Shown here in pieces: positions 1 to 9,698 of a stretch of 64,000 nt of DNA. The DNA is from Candidatus Krumholzibacteriota bacterium. Lineage in GTDB: Bacteria > Krumholzibacteriota > Krumholzibacteriia > JAJRXK01. The DNA is taken from NCBI GenBank assembly GCA_963764625.1, contig CAVXTH010000006.1, positions 800,001 to 864,000 of the forward strand, read 5' to 3'. Each line of letters starts with the position of its first letter. Position 1 is the first letter of the stretch. The notes below the pieces were generated by a model. The model was not told the origin of the DNA and made no database searches. It saw nothing but the letters and a program-made list of their open reading frames with translations. Made by a program: the position numbers and the translations under genes.

Positions 1-885
1 AGAAACATGCGTATAGATCTGTGTGGTGGAAAGGCTCGCATGACCCAGCAGCTCCTGCACTCCGCGCAACTCCGCGCCCCGGTCCAAAAGGTGAGTCGCG
101 AACGCGTGCCGAAGATCGTGCGGCGAAAGTCCCGTTCCCAAAGCTGCCGCGCGCATCGTGCGCGCCAGCATCGCCTGCACCGTGCGCCGCGCGATGCGAT
201 GCCCTGCCCGTCCCAAGAAAACAGGCACGACGCGATCTTCCCTACCCAACGATCCCTGCTCTAAAGCATGAAAGACCTCGCTCGGCAAGCGGCGGGAAAG
301 ATAGTCCTGAAGCCGGTACTTCGCCTCACCGACCAGGGGAACGATGCGCTCCTTGGCCCCCTTTCCGGTGACCCGCATCGACTCGGCCGGCAGATCGATC
401 TGCGCGAGAGAAAGCGCGACCAATTCGCTCAGGCGCAGACCACAGCCGTAGAGCACTTCCAGGATGGCGCGGTCGCGGCGCCCGCGTTCCGTACTCGAGT
501 CCGGGCCCTCCAGCAACAGACTCACGAGCTCTTGCGAAGGAACTCGGGGCAAACGCCGGCTGAGACGCGGCGACCCCAGCCTCCGGCTGGGCCGATCCGC
601 CCGCAAGCCCCGGCCCTCGAGGAAAGCGAAGAACCCGCGCAGGGCGGAGAGCCGGCGGGCGAGGCTGCGCGAGCTGACGCCGCGGTCCCGCTCATAGCTC
701 AACCAAGTTCTGAGCTGATCGGTGGAAATCTCCAGCCAGTTCGTCTCTTGCGAGCTTCGCTCCCGGAGAGCTCGTCGGACGGACTCCAGATCGCGCGCGT
801 AGGCCTCCAGGGTCCGCGGAGAGAGCCCGCGGATCGCCCGAAGGTGGTCGATCCAGGCCTGCTCGTGTTCGTCCAACGGGGTCAT
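1..885 (-). CDS. xerC: Tyrosine recombinase XerC (3' end runs off the window)
   Basis: Not in the ORF track. Manual minus-strand translation from ATG 885 gives MTPLDEHEQAWIDHLRAIRGLSPRTLEAYARDL...SPHDLRHAFATHLLDRGAELRGVQELLGHASLSTTQIYTHVS (HxLRH, LLGH and catalytic Tyr motifs). The trmFO-xerC order is a conserved arrangement. Confidence 0.9.
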   Translation of the reverse strand, partial: MTPLDEHEQAWIDHLRAIRGLSPRTLEAYARDLESVRRALRERSSQETNWLEISTDQLRTWLSYERDRGVSSRSLARRLSALRGFFAFLEGRGLRADRPSRRLGSPRLSRRLPRVPSQELVSLLLEGPDSSTERGRRDRAILEVLYGCGLRLSELVALSLAQIDLPAESMRVTGKGAKERIVPLVGEAKYRLQDYLSRRLPSEVFHALEQGSLGREDRVVPVFLGRAGHRIARRTVQAMLARTMRAAALGTGLSPHDLRHAFATHLLDRGAELRGVQELLGHASLSTTQIYTHVS

Positions 886-928
886 GACGCCAGCAGTGTA
901 GCAGCCCTTGCGCGACTGCGCTCTCCTC

Positions 929-2257
929 TCAGCCAAAGAGCGGCGAGAATTCCTCGCGCCATTTCCGCATGGAGCGAAGCGCTCGCTCTCCCAAAGCCTG
1001 TTTGCGCTCCTGCTTGCCCTGCGGCGGAGCGTCCAGGGGGGGCAGGAGTCCGAAGTTCACATTCATGGGACTCAGGCGGCGACCCGCGTCGTGGCGCAGA
1101 TAGGCCAGCAGGCCGCCCAGCATCGTCTCGCGCGGCGGCGGCGAAAAGGACAGCCCCAACTCCGCGGCGTGGACCGCGAGCGCTGCAATCAACCCCGTCG
1201 CGACGCTCTCCACGTATCCCTCGCAGCCGGTCATCTGCCCGGCCAGGTGCAATCCCTCGTGCCCTTTGAGCTGCAGCGTCGCGTCGAGATGCTTGGGACT
1301 GTTCAGGAAGGTGTTGCGGTGGAGGCTTCCCAGCCGCGCGAACTCGGCGTGCTCGAGTCCTGGAATCATGGAGAAGATGCGACGCTGCTCGGGATACTTG
1401 AGTTGGGTCTGGAAGCCCACCAATCCGAAGAGCGTCCCGTCGAGAGTCTCCTGTCGCAACTGAACCACGGCCCAGGGACGCCGGCCGGTGCGCGGGTCCA
1501 GGAGGCCCACCGGTCGCATGGGTCCGAAGCGCAGACTCTCACGCCCGCCATCGGCGATCGCCTCGATCGGCATGCACCCGGCGAAGTAGGCCGCCTTCTC
1601 GAAATCCTTCGGCTGCACGCGTTCGCCGCGCAGAAGCTCATCCACGAAGCGCTCGTACTGCTCCTTGTCGAGCGGGCAGTTCAGATAGTCCGCGTCCCCC
1701 TTCTCGTAGCGCGCCGCTTTGAACACGATGTTCTGATCGACCGACTCCAACAGCAACGAAGGGGCGATGGCATCGTAGAAGTAGAGCGACTCCTCACCCA
1801 CCAGCTCCTGCAGGTCCGTCTGTAGGGCTTTCGAAGTCAAAGGACCGGTAGCGAGGATGCACGGTCGCTCGCGAGGCACGCGGCTCGCCTCTTCCCGGAT
1901 CACTTCGACGAGGGGGTTCCTGAGGAGGGCGCCGGTCACTGCGGCAGAGAAGCGTTCGCGATCCAGGGCCAAAGCGGCCCCGGCCGGCACGCGCGCCTGC
2001 CGCGCGAAGCCCAACAGACGGCATCCCAGAGCGTCCAACTCGAGCTTCAGGACTCCGGCCGCGGTATCGCTTCGTTCGCTCTTGAAGGAATTCGAGCACA
2101 CGATCTCGGCGAGATCCGCGCTCTTGTGCGCCTCGGTGGAGCGGGTCGGCCTCATTTCGATGAGCCGAACCGGATGGCCTCTCTCCGCGAGCTGGAACGC
2201 GGCCTCGGATCCGGCCAGGCCACCCCCGACCAGCGTCACGGGCTCTCGTTTCAGCAT
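929..2257 (-). CDS. trmFO: FAD-dependent tRNA (uracil-54) methyltransferase TrmFO
   Basis: VGGGLAGSEAA, EIVCSNSFKS, LVGFQTQLK, AGQMTGCEGY and PMNVNFGL motifs. Confidence 0.96.
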   Translation of the reverse strand: MLKREPVTLVGGGLAGSEAAFQLAERGHPVRLIEMRPTRSTEAHKSADLAEIVCSNSFKSERSDTAAGVLKLELDALGCRLLGFARQARVPAGAALALDRERFSAAVTGALLRNPLVEVIREEASRVPRERPCILATGPLTSKALQTDLQELVGEESLYFYDAIAPSLLLESVDQNIVFKAARYEKGDADYLNCPLDKEQYERFVDELLRGERVQPKDFEKAAYFAGCMPIEAIADGGRESLRFGPMRPVGLLDPRTGRRPWAVVQLRQETLDGTLFGLVGFQTQLKYPEQRRIFSMIPGLEHAEFARLGSLHRNTFLNSPKHLDATLQLKGHEGLHLAGQMTGCEGYVESVATGLIAALAVHAAELGLSFSPPPRETMLGGLLAYLRHDAGRRLSPMNVNFGLLPPLDAPPQGKQERKQALGERALRSMRKWREEFSPLFG

Positions 2258-2261
2258 GGCG

Positions 2262-5249
2262 TCAGGTTTTTCGTCCGTGGCATTTCTTGAACTTCTTGCC
2301 GCTTCCGCAGGGACAGGGGTCGTTCCGTCCCACTTTGGGCTGGTCTCGCACCACCGGCGCCGGTGCTCTCGGCGGCCCCCCCTCGGGATTGAGGGTGCCG
2401 ATCGCGCTCGCCGTCTGCCCTCCTCGGGCCTCGGCCGAGCCGTAGGCGCTGGCCTGCGCCTTCTGGGCCGTACCCCCCGACAGCGCCGCCGTCGCTTCGG
2501 GCGGAGTCTGGACCAGTTCGAAGCGGAAGAAGCGCGTGACCGCCTCGCTGCGGATTCGCTCCATCATGAGCTGGAAGAGCTCGAAACTCTCCCCCTTGTA
2601 TTCCAACAGAGGGTCCTTTTGACCGTAGGCTCTCAGCCCGATGCCGCTGCGCAGGGTGTCCAGCTCGTGCAGGTGGTCCTTCCACATCTCGTCGATGGTT
2701 CGCAGCGTTACGTGCTGTTCGAGCTGCTTGGCGATGGGCGGGCTCAGACGCTCCACTTTCGCCCGGTAGGCGCGGGTCGCCGCGTCGAGGAGGCTCTCAC
2801 GCAGGCTCTCCTGCCCGATCGACTCGCGCGCCTCCTCGGGTACCGGAAGAGGAACCAGGAAGGTGGTGCTCATGTCTAGGCCGAGCCCAGCCCAATCCCA
2901 GTACTCAGGGGGATCCTTGGGCGAAGTGCGCGCGTCCAGCATCTGATCGATGGTGTCCTCGATGAGATCGAGCGTCGACTCGCGCCCTTCCTCGGTCACC
3001 AGGAGGCTCCGCCGCCAATCGTAGATGACCTCGCGCTGTTTGTTCATCACGTCGTCGTAGTCCAAAAGGCGCTTGCGAATACTGAAGTTCTGTTGCTCGA
3101 CCCGGATCTGCGCCTTCTCGATGGCCTTGGTCACCAGCCCGTGCGTGATGACCTCCCCTTCCTGCAGGCCCATGCGATCCATGACTTTCGAGACTCGATC
3201 GGACGCGAAAAGACGCATCAGATCGTCCTCGAGCGAGAGATAGAACAGGCTCGCTCCCGGATCGCCCTGACGCCCGGCCCGACCGCGAAGCTGACGATCG
3301 ATCCGCCGGCTCTCGTGGCGCTCGCTTCCGATGATCCACAGTCCCGCCGGGCGGCCGTTGCGTTCGCCGCTCTCGCTCTTCACACCTTCGCCCAGCTTGA
3401 TGTCGGTTCCGCGCCCGGCCATGTTCGTGGCAATGGTCACCGAACCCCATTGCCCGGCCTCCTCCACGATCTCGGCTTCGCGCTTGTGGTGCTTTGCGTT
3501 GAGCACGTTGTGCCGGATCCCCTTTCGCTTGAAGAGTCGCGACAGGGTCTCGCTCACTTCCACCGTGGTCGTTCCCACCAGCACCGGCAAACCCATCTCG
3601 TTGAGAGTCGCCACTTCCTCCACGATCGCGTTGTACTTCTCGCGCTTGGTGCGATAGATCTGGTCGTTGTAGTCATCGCGGGCAATGGGCTTGTTGGTGG
3701 GAATGACCACCACGTCGAGTTCGTAGATCTCGTGGAACTCCGCCGCCTCGGTTTCTGCGGTTCCCGTCATCCCGGCCAACTTGTCGTACATGCGGAAGAA
3801 ATTTTGCAAGGTGATCGTCGCGTAGGTCTGCGTCTCGGCTTCGATCTTCACGCCCTCTTTGGCTTCCAGGGCGGAATGGAGTCCCTCGCTGAAGCGGCGC
3901 CCGGGCATGATGCGACCGGTAAACTCATCCACGATCATGATCTTGCCGTCTTGAATGACGTACTCGTCGTCCTTGCTGAAGAGCGCATACGCCTTCAGGA
4001 GTTGCTGGACGTTGTGAATTCCCTCGTTGCGTTCTCCGTAGACGAGGTGAACCGCCTCAATCTTCTGCGCCTTCTCCTTGTCGCCCAGAGTCGGGTCCTT
4101 CTCAATCTCGCCCAGCTCCACCGAGAGGTCGGGCAGGATGAAGAACTCGGGGTCTCTCATGCCGAACTCGCGGCGGCCCTTCTCGGTGAGGTCGACGGTG
4201 TTCTCCTTTTCCTGGATCACGTAGAAGAGCTCCTCGTCGGCCTCCCACATGTTCTTGTCGCGCAGATAATCGGATTCCACCCGGCGGATGATGTCCTGGA
4301 TTCCGGCTTCCTTGCGCAGCTTCATGAAGCGCGGCAACTTCGCGCCCCCACGGCTCACACGGAGTAGTTTCAGCCCGGTCTCGCGATCGACCTCCTCCCC
4401 GCTGCGAATGACCTTCTCCGCCTCGGCCAGATAGGTGTTGAGCAAGCGGGTCTGCTTGTGCACCAGGTTCTCGACCATGGGCTTGAGCTCGCCAAAGCGG
4501 TGCGTGCTCTCTCCCACCGGACCGCTGATGATGAGCGGGGTGCGCGCCTCGTCGATCAAACACGAGTCGACCTCATCCACGATGACGTAATGGAAGTCTC
4601 GCTGGACGAGATCTTCGCGCCGCACCGCCATGTTGTCCCTGAGGTAATCGAAGCCGAATTCGTTGTTGGTTCCGTAGGTGATGTCACAGTTGTAGGCCGC
4701 CCGTCGTTGGACGGGGCTCATCTCGTTGCGAATGAAGCCCACCGTGAGACCCAAGAAGCGGTAGATGCCTCCCATCCACTCCGCGTCGCGCTGGGCCAGG
4801 TAGTCGTTCACGGTGACCAGATGGGCACCCTTCCCCGCCAGCGCGTTGAGGTAGAGAGGAAACACCGCGACCAGGGTCTTTCCCTCTCCGGTCGCCATCT
4901 CGGCGATGATGCCCCGGTGCAGCACCATGCCACCCAGAATCTGGACGTCGTAGGGGATCATGTCCCAGGCGGTCTCGCGTCCGTGCACCTCCCAGAGCTC
5001 TCCTCTTTCAGCGAGACGCCGGCAGGTCTCCCACACCACCGCGAAGGCCTCGATCATCAGCTCGTCGACGGTCTCCCCTTCGGCCAGGCGCTGGCGAAAC
5101 GCGGGAGTCATCGACTTCAACTTCTCGTCATCCCACTCTTTCATCGGTGCGCGCATCTCTTTGACCTCTTCGACCAAAGGCGCGTACTTCTTGTAGTCGC
5201 GTTGCGACTTGCTGCCGAAGAGGCTCTCCAGAAACTGCGTCAAGGACAT
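2262..5249 (-). CDS. secA: Preprotein translocase ATPase SecA
   Basis: [26 protein letters not shown] and [13 protein letters not shown] motifs; C-terminal SEC-C motif [13 protein letters not shown]. Confidence 0.98.
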   Translation of the reverse strand: MSLTQFLESLFGSKSQRDYKKYAPLVEEVKEMRAPMKEWDDEKLKSMTPAFRQRLAEGETVDELMIEAFAVVWETCRRLAERGELWEVHGRETAWDMIPYDVQILGGMVLHRGIIAEMATGEGKTLVAVFPLYLNALAGKGAHLVTVNDYLAQRDAEWMGGIYRFLGLTVGFIRNEMSPVQRRAAYNCDITYGTNNEFGFDYLRDNMAVRREDLVQRDFHYVIVDEVDSCLIDEARTPLIISGPVGESTHRFGELKPMVENLVHKQTRLLNTYLAEAEKVIRSGEEVDRETGLKLLRVSRGGAKLPRFMKLRKEAGIQDIIRRVESDYLRDKNMWEADEELFYVIQEKENTVDLTEKGRREFGMRDPEFFILPDLSVELGEIEKDPTLGDKEKAQKIEAVHLVYGERNEGIHNVQQLLKAYALFSKDDEYVIQDGKIMIVDEFTGRIMPGRRFSEGLHSALEAKEGVKIEAETQTYATITLQNFFRMYDKLAGMTGTAETEAAEFHEIYELDVVVIPTNKPIARDDYNDQIYRTKREKYNAIVEEVATLNEMGLPVLVGTTTVEVSETLSRLFKRKGIRHNVLNAKHHKREAEIVEEAGQWGSVTIATNMAGRGTDIKLGEGVKSESGERNGRPAGLWIIGSERHESRRIDRQLRGRAGRQGDPGASLFYLSLEDDLMRLFASDRVSKVMDRMGLQEGEVITHGLVTKAIEKAQIRVEQQNFSIRKRLLDYDDVMNKQREVIYDWRRSLLVTEEGRESTLDLIEDTIDQMLDARTSPKDPPEYWDWAGLGLDMSTTFLVPLPVPEEARESIGQESLRESLLDAATRAYRAKVERLSPPIAKQLEQHVTLRTIDEMWKDHLHELDTLRSGIGLRAYGQKDPLLEYKGESFELFQLMMERIRSEAVTRFFRFELVQTPPEATAALSGGTAQKAQASAYGSAEARGGQTASAIGTLNPEGGPPRAPAPVVRDQPKVGRNDPCPCGSGKKFKKCHGRKT

Positions 5250-5278
5250 GATGTTAGGGCCATGATTCTTTGGGGGAC

Positions 5279-5313
5279 AAAAAGCGGTCCCATTCCCATT
5301 GCGGGATGGGACC
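5279..5313 (-). terminator. Intrinsic terminator downstream of the csp gene
   Basis: Minus strand reads CGGTCCCATCCC-GCAAT-GGGAATGGGACCG followed by CTTTTT. Confidence 0.7.
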
Positions 5314-5340
5314 GACGGGGATCGAAGACCAACCGAGGCT

Positions 5341-5544
5341 CTACAGCGCCTCGACCTCGATGGCCTGACTCACACGGCTTTTTTCGCGGACCAAATAGCG
5401 TACTTTCTGACCTTCTCGCAGAGTACGATACCCTCTGCCCACGACATCCACGTGTCTGAAATAGAGGGAATTCTTAGTGTCAGCTGCTTCGATGAAGCCG
5501 TATCCGCGGCCCTCGTAAAACCAGCGCACGACACCGATTGCCAT
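5341..5544 (-). CDS. Cold-shock domain protein (divergent CspA family)
   Basis: [18 protein letters not shown] (RNP1)...[11 protein letters not shown]; GGAGG RBS before ATG 5544. Confidence 0.85.
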   Translation of the reverse strand: MAIGVVRWFYEGRGYGFIEAADTKNSLYFRHVDVVGRGYRTLREGQKVRYLVREKSRVSQAIEVEAL

Positions 5545-5591
5545 CGACACCTCCACTTGAAATGGACAGGGAGACCAGAATGGCTACTAGT

Positions 5592-5621
5592 AAACTAGCT
5601 CCACTCTCGCGGAAGTGTCAA
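5592..5621 (-). promoter_or_regulatory. Sigma70-type promoter for csp
   Basis: TTGACA-N18-TAGTTT on the minus strand. Confidence 0.6.
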
Positions 5622-5633
5622 GCGAGGGGTCGA

Positions 5634-6362
5634 TCAATGCCCGAAGAAGCGCGAGATCTTGCCCAGGAGGCCATCTCCGCTCTTTTCCGGCTCATAATTG
5701 GCGAGCGCGAGTTCCTGTTGCTGGTCGTACGCCAGTGCGGTGGCGAAACACTCTTCCGCCGTCTTCGCGAGTCCGGCCTGAAGGTAGACGAAGCCCAGAT
5801 GCGCGTGGAAGTCCGCGTTGTAGGGCTCGGCCTCCACCGCGCGTCGGCACAGATCCCGCGCCTTGTGCAGATTCTCTCCACTGAGAGCCAGGACGTAGCC
5901 GTAGGTCGACTGGTATTCGGGCTCGTTGGGAACCGTCTTCACGATCACGCGCAAGACATCGGCCGCGCGTTCGTAGTCCTCCTGGTCGAGCAGAGGTCTC
6001 ACCCGTGAGAAGGCCTTACGCGCGTCGCGGACTTCATCCAGGGAGGGCCGCCGTAGCCATGCGGGGCGAGGACCAGAAGCTGGTCCCCGCTCCGCCTGAC
6101 TTACCGCTTCCTCACCCTTCATTCCACTCCGGCAGGATTCGTCGTATTCCAATCGCTTCTTGGCGTTGGAGAGAATCTCGTAGGCCTTCTGAATCTCCAG
6201 GAAGCGCTCGGTGTTTGCTTCGGTATCTCCGTCGGGACTCAGATCGGGATGATAGAGCTTGGCCAGCCGAAAGTACGCGCGGCGAATCTCTTCCGGCTTC
6301 GCGTCGTACTTCATTTCCAGGATCTGATACAGATCCTTCTTGGCGTCGACCATCTCAGGCAT
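5634..6362 (-). CDS. DnaJ-domain protein with C-terminal TPR repeats
   Basis: DLYQILE...AKLYHPD (intact HPD J-domain motif), followed by TPR-like helices ([12 protein letters not shown]). Confidence 0.85.
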   Translation of the reverse strand: MPEMVDAKKDLYQILEMKYDAKPEEIRRAYFRLAKLYHPDLSPDGDTEANTERFLEIQKAYEILSNAKKRLEYDESCRSGMKGEEAVSQAERGPASGPRPAWLRRPSLDEVRDARKAFSRVRPLLDQEDYERAADVLRVIVKTVPNEPEYQSTYGYVLALSGENLHKARDLCRRAVEAEPYNADFHAHLGFVYLQAGLAKTAEECFATALAYDQQQELALANYEPEKSGDGLLGKISRFFGH

Positions 6363-7278
6363 GAGATCTCAGCTCCGCGATCTCCACCAAGGCAGTCTTG
6401 ATCAGGGGATGGTCGGGGTCGGTCTCCAGCGCGGTCTTCAGTTCGCGTTCGGCCTCCTCGTAGTGCCCCTCTTCCATCAAGGTGAAGCCCAGGTTGATGC
6501 GCGCTTTCAGGTAATGCGGGTTCAGTTCGAGAGCCTGACGAAAGCTCGCCTTGGATTCTTCGATGAGTCCCATGTCGCCGTAGGCGAGCCCCAGGATGTG
6601 GCGCAGATCGGGGAATCGGGCGTGCTTGGCCACCAGTTCCTCCAGGATTTCCGCCGCCCCTTCCGGTTCTCCCTTGCGCAACAGACCCAGAGCCCTCTCG
6701 CGCCCGAGGCTGACCGTATCCAGGTCGAGGTGGCGGATTTCCGCCAGAATTTCAATCATCCGCTGCCGATCGCCCGTCTCACTGGACTCCAGCAGCGACT
6801 CGCAGAGATCCCGGAACAGCGCCGGGCAGGTGGCCCACAGAACCCGGATCTCGGCTCCGCACTGGGTGCTCTGGCCGAGTTCGAGGAGAGTCTGCACCAG
6901 ATTGACGCGCGCCAGGAAATAGCGCTCATTGATCGCCAGGGCGCGTCGAAACGCCTCGGCCGCCTCATCCAGTTTGCCGAGGTGGCGCGCCATATCTCCG
7001 ACTTTGTTGTGAATGTCCGCGAAGCGGGGCTCGTACTTGCAAGCCATGTGGTAGTGGTAGACCGCCCCTTGCAGATCGCGAGACGAGGCGGCATCTCCTA
7101 ATTGCAGATGCGCCTCGCAGGCATAGAGTCGTGCTTTCCCTCGTACGGCCGGATCGCCGTCCTCCAGGAGGGATTCGAACAGTTCCAGGGCCTCACCGAA
7201 ACACCCGTCGTTGAACAGGTCTAGCCCGTGCGTGAGGGGTTCCTGGGGCATTACTTTGAAGAGTTTCTTCAGAAACAT
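6355..7278 (-). CDS. Tetratricopeptide repeat protein
   Basis: Multiple TPR units ([34 protein letters not shown]). Start placed at ATG 7278 after GAGGGGG; stop overlaps the DnaJ gene start. Confidence 0.8.
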   Translation of the reverse strand: MFLKKLFKVMPQEPLTHGLDLFNDGCFGEALELFESLLEDGDPAVRGKARLYACEAHLQLGDAASSRDLQGAVYHYHMACKYEPRFADIHNKVGDMARHLGKLDEAAEAFRRALAINERYFLARVNLVQTLLELGQSTQCGAEIRVLWATCPALFRDLCESLLESSETGDRQRMIEILAEIRHLDLDTVSLGRERALGLLRKGEPEGAAEILEELVAKHARFPDLRHILGLAYGDMGLIEESKASFRQALELNPHYLKARINLGFTLMEEGHYEEAERELKTALETDPDHPLIKTALVEIAELRSHA

Positions 7279-7353
7279 CCTGCCCCCTCGTTTTTCCGAG
7301 CAGCATTCCTTTGCCGGCGACTTCGCCGAATTCCCATACGATCCCATGAAGCT

Positions 7354-7370
7354 TGCAAGGCTCCTGCCAA
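7354..7370 (-). promoter_or_regulatory. Sigma54 (-24/-12) promoter
   Basis: TTGGCAGGAGCCTTGCA (GG-N10-GC), close to consensus TGGCACG-N4-TTGC; intergenic, upstream of the TPR-DnaJ pair. Confidence 0.7.
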
Positions 7371-7423
7371 GGCGCTGTTTCCTTCGCGGTAGAGTCGGGG
7401 GCGAAAGGAGGGTGCGTGGTTCC

Positions 7424-9670
7424 CTAGAATGCCACGGAAGGGAAGATTCTTTCGTAAACTTTCCAGAAGCGGAGCACGTTATAGACGTAGTCGCGAGTCT
7501 CCGAGTAGGAGATGGTGATGAGCATCTCGGCGGCGGGCGCGCCCTCGCCCACTCGAGCCTTCCAGCGTCTCCCGTTGCCCTCTCCCGCGTTGTAGGCTGC
7601 GAGCGCCTGCAGGGGATCTCCGTTCGCTTCTTCCAGGAGTTGGGCGAAGTAGGCGCTCCCGTAGCGGAGGTTGGCCCGCGGATCCAATAGCCGCAGGGGA
7701 TCCAGCAGCGGCGGATCGGCGAGCTTGTCGGCCATGCGCTGGGCGGTGTCCGGAAGGAGCTGGAGCAGCCCGTACGCCCCCGCGCGCGACACCACTTCCG
7801 GCTCGTAGAAACTCTCGCGCCGCATGATCGCCCACAGCGCCGCCGGCGCCAGCCCGCGCGCGTGCGCCTCCTGCCTCACCACCGCCGCGAAGGGGGTGGG
7901 AAAGGTCACCTGCTCCAGCGCCGTGTCCAGCTCCTCGTCCCTCCCCTTCAGCGCCACCTGCAGCCACCACGCGCTCCGCGCCTGCTGCTCGGCCCGGCCA
8001 CTGGCCCAGGCGATCGCGCACGCGCGCAGCTGAACTTCGGGATTGCGTCGCGAAGGGAGCACCGTCTCCTGAAGAGCCCGCTCACCCCGCTCGAAGAACC
8101 CCCAGTGAAACAGGAGCGCCACCCGAATCCACCGCGGCGCACGCGGCGCGAAGAGGTCGGGGACCTCGAGGCGCTGCGCCAGGATTTGAAAGGCATCCAA
8201 CTGCTTTTGATACAGGCGGTCCAGGTCGCCAATTTGAGAGTCTGCTCGAAGGGTATCGCTCGAAGCGGGCAGGCCGAGGAAAGGGCTGTCGGGGAACTTC
8301 GCCTCGAGTTCCTCGGCCCAAGCTCGGGCCCGCTTCTGCTCCCCCAGTTGCCGCGCGCTGCGCTGGGCCAGCCACAGACCCGCCGCCGCTTCCTCCGCCC
8401 CCCCCAGGCTTCCCTTCAGCTCGCGCGCTCGCTCTTCCGCCCGGGCGTAGTCCCCCTCCTTGAAGGGGAGGTAGATCGCGCGCAGCGCCGCCGCGTGGGC
8501 GAAGGGTGCATTCTTGTGCTTCTTCGCGTAGCGCAAGAAGTTGTCCTCCGCTCGCCCCTCTTCTCCAGACAGCTCCCACATCCAGGCCGCTTCCCATAGA
8601 GCCTCGACGGCCCGGGGCGTCCCCGCGTACGCGCTCGCCACCGAATCGAAGCCGGCCGCAATCTCGACGCTGGCGCCGCCTCGCCGCCGCACCCCAAAGG
8701 GGTAGGCCGCCAGGGCAGCCTCGTCGTTCTCGTCGAGTCCCCGCGGGTGAGGTTCCTCCAGGAGCTGCGCGAGTTCCTCGTGCCGGCGAAGGCGATAGAG
8801 TTGTTCGACCGCGATGAGATAACTCTCGCGTGCCTCGAGACCCGTGCCGTCCTTCCAGGCGGCCAACGCGAGCTGCAGGGCGCTCTCCCTCCGTGCGTTT
8901 GACGCCAACCAACGCGCGACTTCATGGCGCGCGTCACCACGGGCCGCGGCTTGCAGAAGCCCCGGATGCGCGTCCCAAAACGCTAGGGACCACAGCTTCT
9001 CCGCCCCACTGCGCAGTCCTTTCACGTAGGCGAGCCAGCTCTCGATCGCGCTGCAGGGATCACCCGCGCGCAAGAGAGTGAGGGCGCGGAAGGCGAACAC
9101 TCTTTCCCGTCGCTGCAGAGAGGAGGCCCGGTCCCACGCGGATTCATAGCGCAGAATCGAGTTGGAGATCTCGCCGCGCGCCAGTTCGAGACGGGCGCCC
9201 AAGGCCTTCCACACCGCATCCTCTTCGTGCGCGGCCCGTGGATGGCGCCAGACGAATTCGGCGAGTTTGGTTTGCTTCAGATCTAGCGCCGCTTCCAGAC
9301 AGAAGCGATCGAGATCGTCCGCCATTGGCGCGAGCGAAGCGGGCAGAGTCCGGTGCTTCTTCACCAGCTTCTCGAGCGCGCGCTTCGCGTTCGCGGGCTC
9401 TCCCTGTTGCAGGGCGATGCGGACGCGATGCCAGTCGGCGATGGTCGCGGGAATTTCCTCTGCCGCCAAGATCTTGCCCAGTTCGTCTCGCTGCGAGAAC
9501 GAGAGCGCGAGCAACAGGCGTTCGCGCGCGGAGTGGGCCAGCGACAGATCGTGCAAGACCAGTGCTCTGCTGGGGGCCGCATCCGAATTGGGTTCCGTGC
9601 GGGCGGAGCTAGGCGCGTATAGAGTGGCAGCGGCGAGGGCGAAAACGAAGAGAGGAGAGCGGAGCCGCAC
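7424..9670 (-). CDS. Soluble lytic murein transglycosylase (Slt70-like)
   Basis: Signal peptide, long helical region, C-terminal SLT motifs AIMRRES, GLLQL, AAYNAG, ETRDYV. Confidence 0.9.
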   Translation of the reverse strand: MRLRSPLFVFALAAATLYAPSSARTEPNSDAAPSRALVLHDLSLAHSARERLLLALSFSQRDELGKILAAEEIPATIADWHRVRIALQQGEPANAKRALEKLVKKHRTLPASLAPMADDLDRFCLEAALDLKQTKLAEFVWRHPRAAHEEDAVWKALGARLELARGEISNSILRYESAWDRASSLQRRERVFAFRALTLLRAGDPCSAIESWLAYVKGLRSGAEKLWSLAFWDAHPGLLQAAARGDARHEVARWLASNARRESALQLALAAWKDGTGLEARESYLIAVEQLYRLRRHEELAQLLEEPHPRGLDENDEAALAAYPFGVRRRGGASVEIAAGFDSVASAYAGTPRAVEALWEAAWMWELSGEEGRAEDNFLRYAKKHKNAPFAHAAALRAIYLPFKEGDYARAEERARELKGSLGGAEEAAAGLWLAQRSARQLGEQKRARAWAEELEAKFPDSPFLGLPASSDTLRADSQIGDLDRLYQKQLDAFQILAQRLEVPDLFAPRAPRWIRVALLFHWGFFERGERALQETVLPSRRNPEVQLRACAIAWASGRAEQQARSAWWLQVALKGRDEELDTALEQVTFPTPFAAVVRQEAHARGLAPAALWAIMRRESFYEPEVVSRAGAYGLLQLLPDTAQRMADKLADPPLLDPLRLLDPRANLRYGSAYFAQLLEEANGDPLQALAAYNAGEGNGRRWKARVGEGAPAAEMLITISYSETRDYVYNVLRFWKVYERIFPSVAF

Positions 9671-9698
9671 GGGGTCTTCCTCGACTGGGGTTGAGGTT

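Noticed and set aside
5286-5313. Shared CCCATCCCG core between the csp terminator and the hairpin at 57207-57235 as a REP family
   Set aside because: Only two copies and 9 nt of identity; insufficient without a genome-wide search
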